DNA of 64,000 bases from a virus (lineage: Duplodnaviria; Caudoviricetes). The notes beneath the pieces are model-generated. The model did no database searches and was not told the DNA's origin. It saw only the letters and a program-made list of their open reading frames with translations. Positions 38,240 to 48,143 of the stretch are shown in pieces. The stretch covers positions 36 through 64,035 of the IMG/VR virus record IMGVR_UViG_3300050821_003742. One strand, given 5' to 3'. A program made the translations under genes and the position numbers. Each line of letters opens with the position of its first letter. Within the stretch, counting starts at the first letter, position 1.

Positions 38240-39097
38240 CTACCATGCTCCGTTCTTCTTGGAATACGCAATCCCGGCTGTATTACTAGCTATCATCCCG
38301 ATGAACGGTATACGCTCTAGTCGATGATGCCCATGACGGTGTAGCTGATAGCTTAGATACGTCATACCTAACCCCATAGCTATACCTACGCCTACCAGTG
38401 AGCCACAAGACTTCATTGGCATCCATACCTCTCTACCACCGTTAGCTATGCTATGGCAGGTCTGGGCCAGGTCGAATGAGCCTACCGACACCATGAGTGT
38501 GGCCAATCTCTTGTTCTGACGGTCCCAGTATAGCTGCACGATAGGCTCTGGGTTACCGTAGGGTGCTATTACAGCGACTTTAGGCTCTGGAACGACTGGA
38601 AGTGCCTGCGCGGTGTTATCTGCGCTCATAACGGCCCTCTGTGCGTCCCGCAGGGTCTCTGCGCATGCTCCTACCATCTTTCCCGGGCCTGCATCTTTAG
38701 GCTGGGCATCGATACACCACTGATTCTCTGATTTGTCCCAGGTGAGCTGGGCCCAGACGAATTGCGATTCAAACGCTGGCAGTCTTGGGCTAACCTCCTG
38801 ACCATGTACCGCTGAGGCCAGTAAGAACAGCATTATGGAAAGTATGATTATTGCGATACATATGAGAGAACTACCAACGGTTAAAAGGATCTCTCTTTGG
38901 TTTTCTACGCTACTCTGTGCCCTTTGTAGTTGATACCACTTGACTTGCACCTGTTGTGCGTTCATTAGCTTATTGCGTCGATCTATGGCGTTGGGTTCCC
39001 ATTCCCAGGCATATGCTTGGCGCTGTCCGAGGTCCTCGTCCCACGCTCCCACTGCATTGTCTTCCCGGTCTGATTCGTCTCTCACGGTTTCCTCCAC
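38240..39097 (-). CDS. Membrane/exported hypothetical protein
   Basis: Long hydrophobic segment ending AVHG|Q and C-terminal TM helices; start uncertain. Confidence 0.5.
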   Translation of the reverse strand: MEETVRDESDREDNAVGAWDEDLGQRQAYAWEWEPNAIDRRNKLMNAQQVQVKWYQLQRAQSSVENQREILLTVGSSLICIAIIILSIMLFLLASAVHGQEVSPRLPAFESQFVWAQLTWDKSENQWCIDAQPKDAGPGKMVGACAETLRDAQRAVMSADNTAQALPVVPEPKVAVIAPYGNPEPIVQLYWDRQNKRLATLMVSVGSFDLAQTCHSIANGGREVWMPMKSCGSLVGVGIAMGLGMTYLSYQLHRHGHHRLERIPFIGMIASNTAGIAYSKKNGAW

Positions 39098-39251
39098 TTA
39101 TCTTGTTTGTTCTTAAGTATTTCCGCATCATGCAACCAACACTGAAAGCACAGCTGATTCATTTCTGCTTGGATCTTATCGTGCTCCTCCTGCAGTCTAC
39201 GCCGGCGTTCTTCGTTCCTAATCTCTTGGGTAATGCGAGCCAGCCATCCCA

Positions 39252-40876
39252 TTAGTCACCATCCTTGGGCAGTAGTTCCACGTCCAGTTCATCCCTAAAC
39301 CATCTCCGCGCATCTTCCTTCGTTTTGAACGGCCCTGTGCGCAAGGATACTGAACCTTTCCCCTCTACCACGTACCATAGACCTCCATCAGCAGGTCCGT
39401 ACAGGTGCTCCCAGGTGTATTCCGTTCTCTGTTCCAACATATGTTTCCAGGTCACGATATCCACCCCTCTTCCTCGCTGAGATACGCGAAGTCTCTACAC
39501 GCTCGCCTAAACTCCATCGTTGTTTCTACTCCATCGTTCAATGCCAAGAGATCTTCCGCATCTATTCGTTGCATAGCTTCAACGATTGCAGCCGTAGCTA
39601 CTTCTTCCTGCGTGCTTACACATTCGCGTTGTGGTTTCATCGCGCACCTCCGTTAGGACCGCATTTGCCGGCAATGTAGTTAATCCATCTCTCGCGGTTG
39701 AAGCGTGGATTTGTGCTAGCGCAAAAATTGGCCAGCATCTCGATTTGACTGGGAAGCAATTGCATTAACCCAGCTCTATCATTGTGAGTCCTAATTGCAT
39801 CTGCTAACGCAATAAAGTGTTTCTTGCTCATATTGGCGCCCTCCAGCGCTATTAAATGCTTAGAATTGTCCGAATACTATTACATACAGCACTATGACTG
39901 AATCATCCCATACGCTACCGGAGTCTTTTTATCTGCACGACGGTATATTGCATACAGCTTATCTGGCTGATCCACGATTGCTAACAATCGTTCTATTTCC
40001 ATCTCTACGGCCATACGAAAGATTGTAAATGAATCGGATGTCGGGACAAGCCCATTGCGTATCCACTCTTTGTGCGATTGTCCAAGAACGCGCTCTAATG
40101 CTGCAAGTGCTTTCCAGGCTTTCGCTACGTCCTCCTTGTACTTCGATTCAGCTCCGCGAACCTTTACTGGCAATGCTTTATTGCAATGTGGACAATTCAT
40201 ATTTTGTGCCCTCCAGCACGATTTGTTTATTGACCTACGTGAAATACTACATACAGCACATACAGAACCAATGCTATACCGATTAGACCTCCTGCGACCG
40301 CAAATAGCTTATCCGTAGAATGACCGTCTCTACCTTCGCTCATACGTTCTCCATGGCAATGATTTGCTCTTCTGTTGGATGTACATCTGTGAGTGCAACG
40401 AAGAGTTCTCGGATGGCTTTGTGCTCTCTGGCTTGTAGCACCTTGGTTACGCGGCCGCTCCCCGTGTTGATTGCCTTCACAATATCAACCTCAGTCGAGA
40501 TGAGATCGTTAATGAGATCAATTGCTTTTCCCCCTGGAATCATGTTACTTCCCCTTTCCATGCGTGCCAGAGATTCGAACGCGATTTAGACCCACGGGCG
40601 TTACGGTCACCTTGTCATACTTGCTATAGAGCCGGGCTTGGTACTTTTCGCTCGCCGTATATCCTTTCGTGGTTCTCAAGTCAAACACTTTTGTTTCGCT
40701 CATTTTCCCCTCCCATTCGCAATTCTAATCCTCTCGGCCCTCTCGCGCGCAGCCCTCTGCAGCGCAAGCTTATCCGTTCTACGGTAGTCGATCAGCTTCT
40801 GATTGGTCTCTTCGCTCATGGTACCCTCCACTCTCTTCTTCCAGCTTGCTAACATCAGATGTAGTTCGTTATTCAT
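39252..40876 (-). other. Cluster of small early genes (39252-39464, 39452-39640, 39637-39831, 39892-40200, 40340-40543, 40545-40703, 40700-40876)
   Basis: Tightly packed 50-100 aa ORFs with overlapping stops/starts, several with GGAGG RBSs. Confidence 0.6.
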
Positions 40877-41136
40877 TGGTCTAGCCTCCACTGAGCTCCA
40901 TTTCCCTTGTACTGCCTTGATGTACTGAGATTATCATAAGGAATATAGAGCGCAATACAGTGTTTACTGTATATCATGCAAATAGTTGGAACTCGAATTG
41001 CTCTAATTGCAATAGAATGACCACGAATGTTAATATTGTGTTAAATTCTCTAATCTCAGGCAACCCGAGGCATATTTGGCTGAATCTGCATTGTAGGGCC
41101 TCGCGCGAAGAGATCAATGCTAATATAGACTTGCTA

Positions 41137-41427
41137 ATGCCCCATAATCGACTCTACGCTAATCCTCACCCGTTAGCTCAATTCAGAGGCGTTATCAGCT
41201 GGTCGTGCCCACAATGCGAGTCGTTACACAAGACAAGAATAACTCCAGGTACATTCACTCTCGATTGCGGTACATGCGAGCGGAAATGGGGTTTTGGGCT
41301 GCGCTTCCTAAAACTCTCGCCAGGAATTAATCGACCACCAATGGATGCTACATTCCCTGAGATCGCAATATATAGGTCCGGAGGACGTGCGAATGCGGTG
41401 GATGAGTTATCCGATGAAGAACGTTAA
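41137..41427 (+). CDS. Zn-ribbon hypothetical protein
   Basis: CPQC..CGTC. Confidence 0.45.
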   Translation: MPHNRLYANPHPLAQFRGVISWSCPQCESLHKTRITPGTFTLDCGTCERKWGFGLRFLKLSPGINRPPMDATFPEIAIYRSGGRANAVDELSDEER

Positions 41428-41641
41428 CCGATGAATGCACATCCGATGACGCCGGCGAAACTCGGCCGTAACTAATTCAGTTGCGTACTAACACCTACCA
41501 CGCCGCTAGTATAGAATCAATACTATATATATAATAGTAATATCATAGATCTCGATTCGTTGTCCAAGGGGTGGGGGAGGGGGACGGCAAATCGGGAAGC
41601 CAGTTCTAGCCGTTCTTTAAAAAAAAATAATAAATTGCATC

Positions 41642-41670
41642 TTGACTTAGTACGTAAAACTCCGTATTAT
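41642..41670 (+). promoter_or_regulatory. Sigma70-type promoter, probably giving a leaderless transcript of the HTH gene
   Basis: TTGACT-17 nt-TATTAT; ATG 8 nt downstream with no RBS. Confidence 0.6.
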
Positions 41671-41677
41671 AATTCGA

Positions 41678-41872
41678 ATGAGCGACAAAATCATTATGGA
41701 CAAGCTCTACGAACTGTACGATGACCTTGGTTCGTGGGCCAACGTTGCTTCAAAAATTGGAATATCTCCGCAATATCTCAGCGACGTTGTTACCAAAAGA
41801 TGCAAGATAAGCAACAAGCTGGCCGAGAAGCTTGGCTTTAGAAAGAATGTGGAATTTGTTGAAAAATCATAA
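41678..41872 (+). CDS. Cro/XRE-like HTH regulator
   Basis: GSWANVASKIGISPQYLSDV...KLGF. Confidence 0.8.
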   Translation: MSDKIIMDKLYELYDDLGSWANVASKIGISPQYLSDVVTKRCKISNKLAEKLGFRKNVEFVEKS

Positions 41873-42218
41873 AGTCTACATTTTGATTGATCCACGAGAC
41901 GGAGAGATTCGTTACGTCGGAAGAACACAATTATTGTTGAAGGACCGTCTTTCCAATCACATTCATTCAAGAAATCAGTATACGCGAAGGGCTGGATGGA
42001 TAAATGAACTTCTCGAATTGGGATTAAAGCCTGATATATTGATGATTCAGGATTGCGGAAGTGACATGATAGGAGTTGATAGAGCGGAAGAACAGTGGAT
42101 TCGCAGGTTTTCTCTTGCTGGTTGTCAACTATTCAACGGTTCGGTTCATGATGAAAATATAATGTTTGGGAAGAAAATGCCCAGACCTGAATGGGTTCCA
42201 TTACAATATGGCCGGTAA
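41847..42218 (+). CDS. GIY-YIG endonuclease
   Basis: VYILIDPRDGEIRYVGRT..RL..H..E..WI..N. Confidence 0.8.
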   Translation: MWNLLKNHKVYILIDPRDGEIRYVGRTQLLLKDRLSNHIHSRNQYTRRAGWINELLELGLKPDILMIQDCGSDMIGVDRAEEQWIRRFSLAGCQLFNGSVHDENIMFGKKMPRPEWVPLQYGR

Positions 42219-42894
42219 AAAGACCGTCAAGGACAAAGAAACCGGCGAATGGAAGGTTGTTCCTCGCCAGGGACCCCCGCGCAGGGATACCTACTTCCGT
42301 AGATTAGAAGATTCTATTGAGAAAGACGAACTGCTAGAGGTTCTAGACGCTTCTACCGATGAACGAGCCCATCATCTCATGTTGAGAATGCTAGATCCGG
42401 TAATTGGAAAGCGTACCCTGCCACAGTTAGCTAAGGAAGTCGGTCTATCCTACGCCCAGGTCCTCCAGCTCATAACCCGTCACAACGTGGAAGCAGGCAT
42501 CCTCGCAATGGCCAGACGGGCTCCCAAGGTCCTTGAAGACGTAGCCATAGATTCAGAATCAAAAGAGGTGAAATGTGGACAGTGTAAAGGAACGGGGGAA
42601 ATTGATGAGTCCGGAAGTACGGGAAGTAAAGGAACCGGAGAAGTTACGGAAACGGATAGTCCGGGTGAGGATCGACACAGCACATGTTTTGTATGCGATG
42701 GAACGGGAACTCTCCGTAAAGTCGGAGATGAAGCATCTCGTAAGCTCATGTTCGAAACTCTTAAGCTTACTGGAAGAGGAACTGGCCCCCAAGTCCAAGT
42801 TAACGTAGGTAGTAACCAGACCATGGAAGATACCATTGCAAGCGTTAGAGATGTCTTAGATGTGAAAGCAGAGCCGGATGACAAACAAAGCTAG
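42208..42894 (+). CDS. Putative terminase small subunit with DnaJ-type Zn finger insertion
   Basis: HTH-like TLPQLAKEVGLSY; CGQCKGTG and CFVCDGTG; C-terminal QVQVNV; upstream of TerL. Confidence 0.5.
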   Translation: MAGKKTVKDKETGEWKVVPRQGPPRRDTYFRRLEDSIEKDELLEVLDASTDERAHHLMLRMLDPVIGKRTLPQLAKEVGLSYAQVLQLITRHNVEAGILAMARRAPKVLEDVAIDSESKEVKCGQCKGTGEIDESGSTGSKGTGEVTETDSPGEDRHSTCFVCDGTGTLRKVGDEASRKLMFETLKLTGRGTGPQVQVNVGSNQTMEDTIASVRDVLDVKAEPDDKQS

Positions 42895-43108
42895 GCTCTA
42901 CCTCTTCCTAATATGCGTACTAGTGGCAATAATTGTATCTATGCTATTCGGCTGCGCTCCCGTGCGCCACGGTGCAGCTCCAGTTCCCGGTTGTATCGAC
43001 GCTTCCGTACAAGTTCCCAGTGGTTGCTATGCGAATTCGATTCCAGACGGAGTAGAAGTTCGGTGTCCCACTAGTACCAATACCTATCGCTGTAAAGGAA
43101 AGAAATGA
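42878..43108 (+). CDS. Small Cys-rich lipoprotein
   Basis: Hydrophobic signal ending LFG|C; four further Cys. Confidence 0.6.
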   Translation: MTNKARLYLFLICVLVAIIVSMLFGCAPVRHGAAPVPGCIDASVQVPSGCYANSIPDGVEVRCPTSTNTYRCKGKK

Positions 43109-44046
43109 AAGTTCTAATCCCGGCTCTGTTATTTGCTATACCAGTGTTTGCACAAAAGGATATTCATTGTCTTAAGCCAGAAGGGTGTTTCAGCATAGAT
43201 ACCCATGTCAACGATGGTGAGTTGCGCATTGATAGGGGCAGCGGAAAGGTTCTAGATCATCGTTCTGGCCAAGACCTAATAAAATACATCTACTCCGCTA
43301 CCGCACTGCTCTATCAGCAATCCGCTGACGGTGGTATGCACATGGATTGCACCGCTACGGCATTTGAGAAGACCGCCACGGGCTATCTCTTCGCCACGGC
43401 GAGCCATTGTGTGGGCGAAACCGATAAGGAGCACGAACGTGTCGAAGTCACTAAAACTAGGTTTTACATTACTTTTGACGAAAAGGAAGAAAAGAAGTTT
43501 TACCCCGCCAAGCTGGTTATGGCTGGTTATCAGCCCAAAGGGGATGACTTCTCTATCCTTTCAATCGAAACTGAAGATAAGGTTCCTCTGGTTCCTCTGG
43601 GTGATGAGAAACTGGAGGAAGCAGGAAGTTCCGTTGTCAACGTCGCTAGTCCGAACGGCCTTGGAAAACAAGCGTTCCATGGTTATGTCAGTTCTCCGTT
43701 TGTTGATAGGCCCGTTGTAGAGGACGACATAAACTGGCAAGGAGTGATGTTACTGCAGATACAGTCAGGTCCCGGGAGCTCAGGTAGCGCCATCATTAGT
43801 GCCAAGCAAGAAGCCATCATCGGTTTTCTCGTGGGTCACTTCGGAGAGAACACCTTCGTTATGCCGGTAAGCCGATTCCGTGCGTTCAAAGCAGCAGTAG
43901 AATCAGGAAAGTACAAATACTTCAAGAAGGACCAGGTAGAAGACGTAATGCCTGATAAGCCCGTGGGAAAGATAATCTCGGTACCGGCAACCGGATGGTT
44001 CGATCATGAAAAGACCAAGCCTGAGAGGCTAGATGTCCCTCATTGA
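43105..44046 (+). CDS. Trypsin-like serine protease with Sec signal
   Basis: MKVLIPALLFAIPVFA|Q; TASHC (His), DDFSIL (Asp), PGSSGS (Ser). Confidence 0.85.
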   Translation: MKVLIPALLFAIPVFAQKDIHCLKPEGCFSIDTHVNDGELRIDRGSGKVLDHRSGQDLIKYIYSATALLYQQSADGGMHMDCTATAFEKTATGYLFATASHCVGETDKEHERVEVTKTRFYITFDEKEEKKFYPAKLVMAGYQPKGDDFSILSIETEDKVPLVPLGDEKLEEAGSSVVNVASPNGLGKQAFHGYVSSPFVDRPVVEDDINWQGVMLLQIQSGPGSSGSAIISAKQEAIIGFLVGHFGENTFVMPVSRFRAFKAAVESGKYKYFKKDQVEDVMPDKPVGKIISVPATGWFDHEKTKPERLDVPH

Positions 44047-44272
44047 AATCAATCCGGATGTAAAGCTTCTAGTCAAAGAACTGAAGCGTATAGCCTCGGC
44101 CCTTGAAGCGTACCTCATGCTCGTGCATCACTACCGTCAGGAACCGGTGAGTATTAAGGAGCTCCAGGGCGAAGAACCGGACGTAAGCTACTCCAGCGAC
44201 GAAGAAACCATGAAACGGGAATTTGAGATAGCCATTGGAAGGGCTAAGGATGTTCTCTCAGAAGACGATTGA
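44033..44272 (+). CDS. Hypothetical protein
   Basis: Overlaps both neighbours. Confidence 0.5.
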   Translation: MSLIEINPDVKLLVKELKRIASALEAYLMLVHHYRQEPVSIKELQGEEPDVSYSSDEETMKREFEIAIGRAKDVLSEDD

Positions 44273-45458
44273 ACGAGATCAGTCCCGCGTGGAGGCCGCT
44301 ACCAAGCTTACGCTCAATCGTTATTCCATTGCCGAGGTCCAAACCCGTAAGGCCGATTTCAAAAGGTTGGTCAAGGATGACGGCACGCTATCCCGAGATC
44401 TTAATATGGATGAAAAAGCCTTCATCCGAAATGAGCAACTTCTATGCATGATCGACTTCCGTTACTGGTTACAGCGCTATGCCTCTTTACTTATGGATCA
44501 GGGTGGGCTTGGCTCATTCGCCGAACCATGGGAAAGCCAAGAAATCCTCCTAAGGGTAATAGCGGCAATTGAAGATGAAATGTTTGAAATGGCCCTTAGG
44601 GGAGATTCCGTGGATGGAATACTCATATTCCTGCATAAAGCCCGTCAACTCGGTGCTACGGCCATCGCAAGGGCCATTAGCTGCCATTCCATGCTATCCA
44701 AGGAACACACCCGCGCAATGGCAGCATCGGTAGACGAAGACAAAGTATTGGAACTATATGACAGAGACAAACTTATTATTGATAATCTTCCTTTCTATCT
44801 TCGCCCTAGTGTTGGTTTTGACGAGAAGGCGCAACACATCTTTTTCGACAAGCTTGGCTCCAGGGTCATTTATCAACTCGGAACTCAAAAAAGCGGTTTG
44901 GGACAAGGAAGGCAATTTGACGTTACTCATCTCACTGAATGTGCCTCTTGGCCCTATCCGGGAATTATTGAACACGACTGGATGCCAACTATCCCTCAAT
45001 CCTTACGAGCTTTTGCTCTCCTTGAGTCTACCGCGCAAGGACGCGGCAACTGGTGGCACCAGCAAATCAAAAAGCTCCAAGAACATCGGCTAAGACGCTG
45101 GCACCTAGTCTTCATACCATGGTATGCGGAAGTTAAGAAGTATCGTGCTACGCCACCAACGGACTGGAATCCTTCAGACGAAGCCATGGCGCATGCAAAG
45201 AGGGTATGGGAGACCTCAAGCAAATATGTCGGAAAAGAAACCGTGCTCAGCAGGGAACAACTCTACTGGTGGCAATCAACCCGAGATGAATACTACCTCA
45301 GTAACAACCTGGCCGTGTTCTATACCAATTACTGTGCAACAATTGAAGAATCTTTCCAACATCGTACTAAATCAGCGTTTGGATACGACACACTTGAGTA
45401 TTATCGGGCAAGAACTCACGAAGGAACCTCCTACAGATTGGACCTTGAAACTGCATGA
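44250..45458 (+). CDS. terL: Terminase large subunit, N-terminal ATPase part
   Basis: ESQ, LHKARQLGAT (Walker A), GQGRQFDVTHLTE (Walker B), LESTAQGRGNWW, VFIPWY, NYC...EESF. Confidence 0.9.
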   Translation: MFSQKTIERDQSRVEAATKLTLNRYSIAEVQTRKADFKRLVKDDGTLSRDLNMDEKAFIRNEQLLCMIDFRYWLQRYASLLMDQGGLGSFAEPWESQEILLRVIAAIEDEMFEMALRGDSVDGILIFLHKARQLGATAIARAISCHSMLSKEHTRAMAASVDEDKVLELYDRDKLIIDNLPFYLRPSVGFDEKAQHIFFDKLGSRVIYQLGTQKSGLGQGRQFDVTHLTECASWPYPGIIEHDWMPTIPQSLRAFALLESTAQGRGNWWHQQIKKLQEHRLRRWHLVFIPWYAEVKKYRATPPTDWNPSDEAMAHAKRVWETSSKYVGKETVLSREQLYWWQSTRDEYYLSNNLAVFYTNYCATIEESFQHRTKSAFGYDTLEYYRARTHEGTSYRLDLETA

Positions 45459-46696
45459 TTAAACCATCGGATTACAAAACCAAGATCGTTGTTGGCATCC
45501 CGTTCTCAGGCCGCTACGTTCCTCCCGAATTCGCCATGGCTCTAGCATCCTTCATCTGGCCGATGAACATCCGTTACTCCTACGTAGCTTGCAAGGGATT
45601 GCCACGCGAGAATGCCCGTAAAGAGATCGTAGCCAATGCCCGTAAGCTCAAGTCCCAGTATGTCTGTATGCTGGACGATGACGTAGTTCCTCCGTCCGAT
45701 GTATTCCAAAAGCTCTCTTACCAGTTGGATATGCAACCGGAATTCGACTATATAGCTGGCGTAGTTCCATCGCGTTCCACTCCGTCAGAACCAATGATCT
45801 TCATGAACGAAGAAATGGGGGCTTACTGGCACTGGAGAACCGGAGACGTATTCGAAGTATCGGAAGCTGCTACCGCCTGTATGATGTTCCGTACCTCCAT
45901 ATTCGATAGTATCCCCGAACCATGGTTTATGGATCTAAACACCATCGAAGAACGTACAGCCGCCGGAGAAAAGATCGATGAAAATGTTAATCGCGGTGCC
46001 ATGACAGATGATATCTACTTCTGTAGAAAGGCCAAGAAGTACGGTCATCGTCTACTGGCCCACGGCGGCGTTATCTGTCAGCACTATGGCCGTCACAGTG
46101 AGGTATTTGAACTCGATCCTGGTTCCTATCCGCTTCAGAAGGAAGGATGCAACATAACTGAGGCTCTTAAGATCGATGGCTGGATGCAGCCTAGGGAACT
46201 CCGTTGGCTTGCCGAACATGCCAGCACGAAAACCAATATCCTTGAGGTGGGATCATTCCTCGGACGTTCTACCCGGGCATTGGCAGAGAACACCAAGGGA
46301 AAGGTAGTAGCCGTAGATACCTGGAACATTTCCGATATCCCCAAAGGTTCAAGAAACGAAGCCATAGAGAGCCTTGATAATAAGCCGGTAGATTACATCT
46401 ATGACCAGTTCCGTACCAACATGCTGGGACTCGATAACGTACATGTAATCAGGATGAAGAGTACAGACGCCGCCAAGACTATTCCAGACGATCTTAAGTT
46501 CGATATGATCTTTATCGACGCCGATCATACCTACGAAGGCTGTAAGGCTGATATCGAGACGTGGAAACCCAAGTTGAAAGACGGTGGAATGATTTGCGGC
46601 CATGATTACAGCTGGGAAGGTGTAGGCAAAGCACTGTCGGAATTGCTTCCCAGCGCTGAACGGGCTCAAGGCGACTTGTGGTATGTACCCGTATGA
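45455..46696 (+). CDS. GT2-like glycosyltransferase fused to a class I SAM methyltransferase (Methyltransf_24-like)
   Basis: LDDD, PWF, TDDIYFCRKA..H (GT-A); ILEVGSFLGRST and FDMIFIDADHTYE..GGMICGHDY (MTase). Confidence 0.85.
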   Translation: MIKPSDYKTKIVVGIPFSGRYVPPEFAMALASFIWPMNIRYSYVACKGLPRENARKEIVANARKLKSQYVCMLDDDVVPPSDVFQKLSYQLDMQPEFDYIAGVVPSRSTPSEPMIFMNEEMGAYWHWRTGDVFEVSEAATACMMFRTSIFDSIPEPWFMDLNTIEERTAAGEKIDENVNRGAMTDDIYFCRKAKKYGHRLLAHGGVICQHYGRHSEVFELDPGSYPLQKEGCNITEALKIDGWMQPRELRWLAEHASTKTNILEVGSFLGRSTRALAENTKGKVVAVDTWNISDIPKGSRNEAIESLDNKPVDYIYDQFRTNMLGLDNVHVIRMKSTDAAKTIPDDLKFDMIFIDADHTYEGCKADIETWKPKLKDGGMICGHDYSWEGVGKALSELLPSAERAQGDLWYVPV

Positions 46697-47340
46697 CCAA
46701 GGGTGCAATAAATAAAAGATTGTGGATTGCCGCCAATAAACTGGCAGGTAAATGTCGTCGTTGTTCCAGGTTGTCGGTATGCGATGAAAATGGAAACAAA
46801 TTAACCTCGTGTGAATATCATCGCAGGCGCAAACGTAAGGTTTTGGGTGTTCATGGCTATACTCAAGAAAATCTTATGTCCATTAATTACTTTGTTGAGC
46901 ATACCACTGAAAATGACAGATGCTATGCTGCTGGACTTATTGAAGGAGAAGGATGCTTTCTTCCTGATGCAAGAAAGCATTCCAAAAGATCATTTCCATC
47001 TATCAGGGTTAATATGTGTGATAAAGAGCCTGTAGAATGGCTGTTCAAAATGTTCGGAGGATCATTTTCATTTAGAAAATCATTTAATCCTAAGCATATG
47101 GATCAGTGGGCTTGGTCATGTGGTGGTCGTAGAGCCGGTGCCGTTGCGGCATCTATTCACAGATACATTAAATCTGAAAGGAAAAGAAAAGCGGCTTCCT
47201 TGGTTGTTAAATCTGCCAGCATAAGTGGTTGGTGGAGGTCTAACAAATTTGCAACTCTTGATAGTGTAGTTCAAGTTGTTATTTCCAAGGTGAAAGGAGA
47301 ATGTATGCTATGGCGGAATCTCCCTCATCGTGGAAGATAG
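46693..47340 (+). mobile_element. Free-standing LAGLIDADG homing endonuclease with N-terminal Zn finger
   Basis: YAAGLIEGEGCF..I.V.M.D.E.VEWL...FGG; visibly more AT-rich than its flanks. Confidence 0.85.
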
Positions 47341-48143
47341 GTAACAGACTCGTCGCCCCATATACGGCAGATGACGACGATGAAAGGGGAATCCTTTATG
47401 TCTGGGAACAACCTAGAAGTACCGAGACTTACGTCGTTTCGATTGATCCTACGGTTGGACGAGCTGGTTGGACAAGAGAATTCAGAACAGAAGCGGATCT
47501 GGACACCGACAATGCATGTGTGGAGGTCTTTCGTGCTGGACGCGGAGGACGCCCAGACGTGCAGGTCGCTGAGTATGCAGCGCCAATCGACGCTATCGAC
47601 GTTGCTCCTATTGTTGCAACTATTGGATTACTCTACGGCGGAAGTCATGAGGACGGTCAAGCGCTTATCATCGGTGAAGTTACCGGCCCCGGAGCAGTCA
47701 CTCTCCGCGAGCTCATAGACCACTACAACTACTCCAATCTCTGGCAATGGACCCAGTGGGGTTCCTCCCAGGTTAAACGTACCCAGAACTTCTGGTGGTA
47801 TTCCTCCCGCAGTGCCAACAAGGACCTTTGGATGCGTGGCATGCACCACATCCAGAAACAAAGAGTCCAGATACACTCCAAATGGTTAGTAGAAGAGATG
47901 GCGGATTGCGTATCCGATATCTGGATGCTGATAGGAGAAGCCCGTTATGGCCGGCATGATGATCGTGTTATGTCTACCCTATTTAATCTCTGGGCTTTAC
48001 ATGATTGGTCTACCCGGGAAGAACTGGAACCCATGGAAAGACCGGTGGAAACGGGTGCGCCGAAGTGGGAAGCCTCGGACATGAGCTATGATGAGTGCAT
48101 AGCGGCATGGAATCAGCGTGTAGCGGACATGGACAATGACTGA
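47310..48143 (+). CDS. terL: Terminase large subunit, C-terminal nuclease part
   Basis: LYVWEQP..YVVSIDPTVG..DNACVEV..QVAEY..GEVTGPG..HDDRVMS RNase-H-like TerL motifs; own RBS AAAGGAG. Confidence 0.88.
   Translation: MAESPSSWKIGNRLVAPYTADDDDERGILYVWEQPRSTETYVVSIDPTVGRAGWTREFRTEADLDTDNACVEVFRAGRGGRPDVQVAEYAAPIDAIDVAPIVATIGLLYGGSHEDGQALIIGEVTGPGAVTLRELIDHYNYSNLWQWTQWGSSQVKRTQNFWWYSSRSANKDLWMRGMHHIQKQRVQIHSKWLVEEMADCVSDIWMLIGEARYGRHDDRVMSTLFNLWALHDWSTREELEPMERPVETGAPKWEASDMSYDECIAAWNQRVADMDND

Noticed and set aside
40560-40620. tRNA (GTTCGAATC on the minus strand)
   Set aside because: No T-stem or cloverleaf pairing; lies inside a 52-aa ORF (40545-40703).
45455-47309. Group I intron or intein in terL
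   Set aside because: The interval is fully occupied by overlapping ORFs, the downstream half has its own RBS, and no splice-junction motifs are visible. Not formally excluded without RT-PCR.
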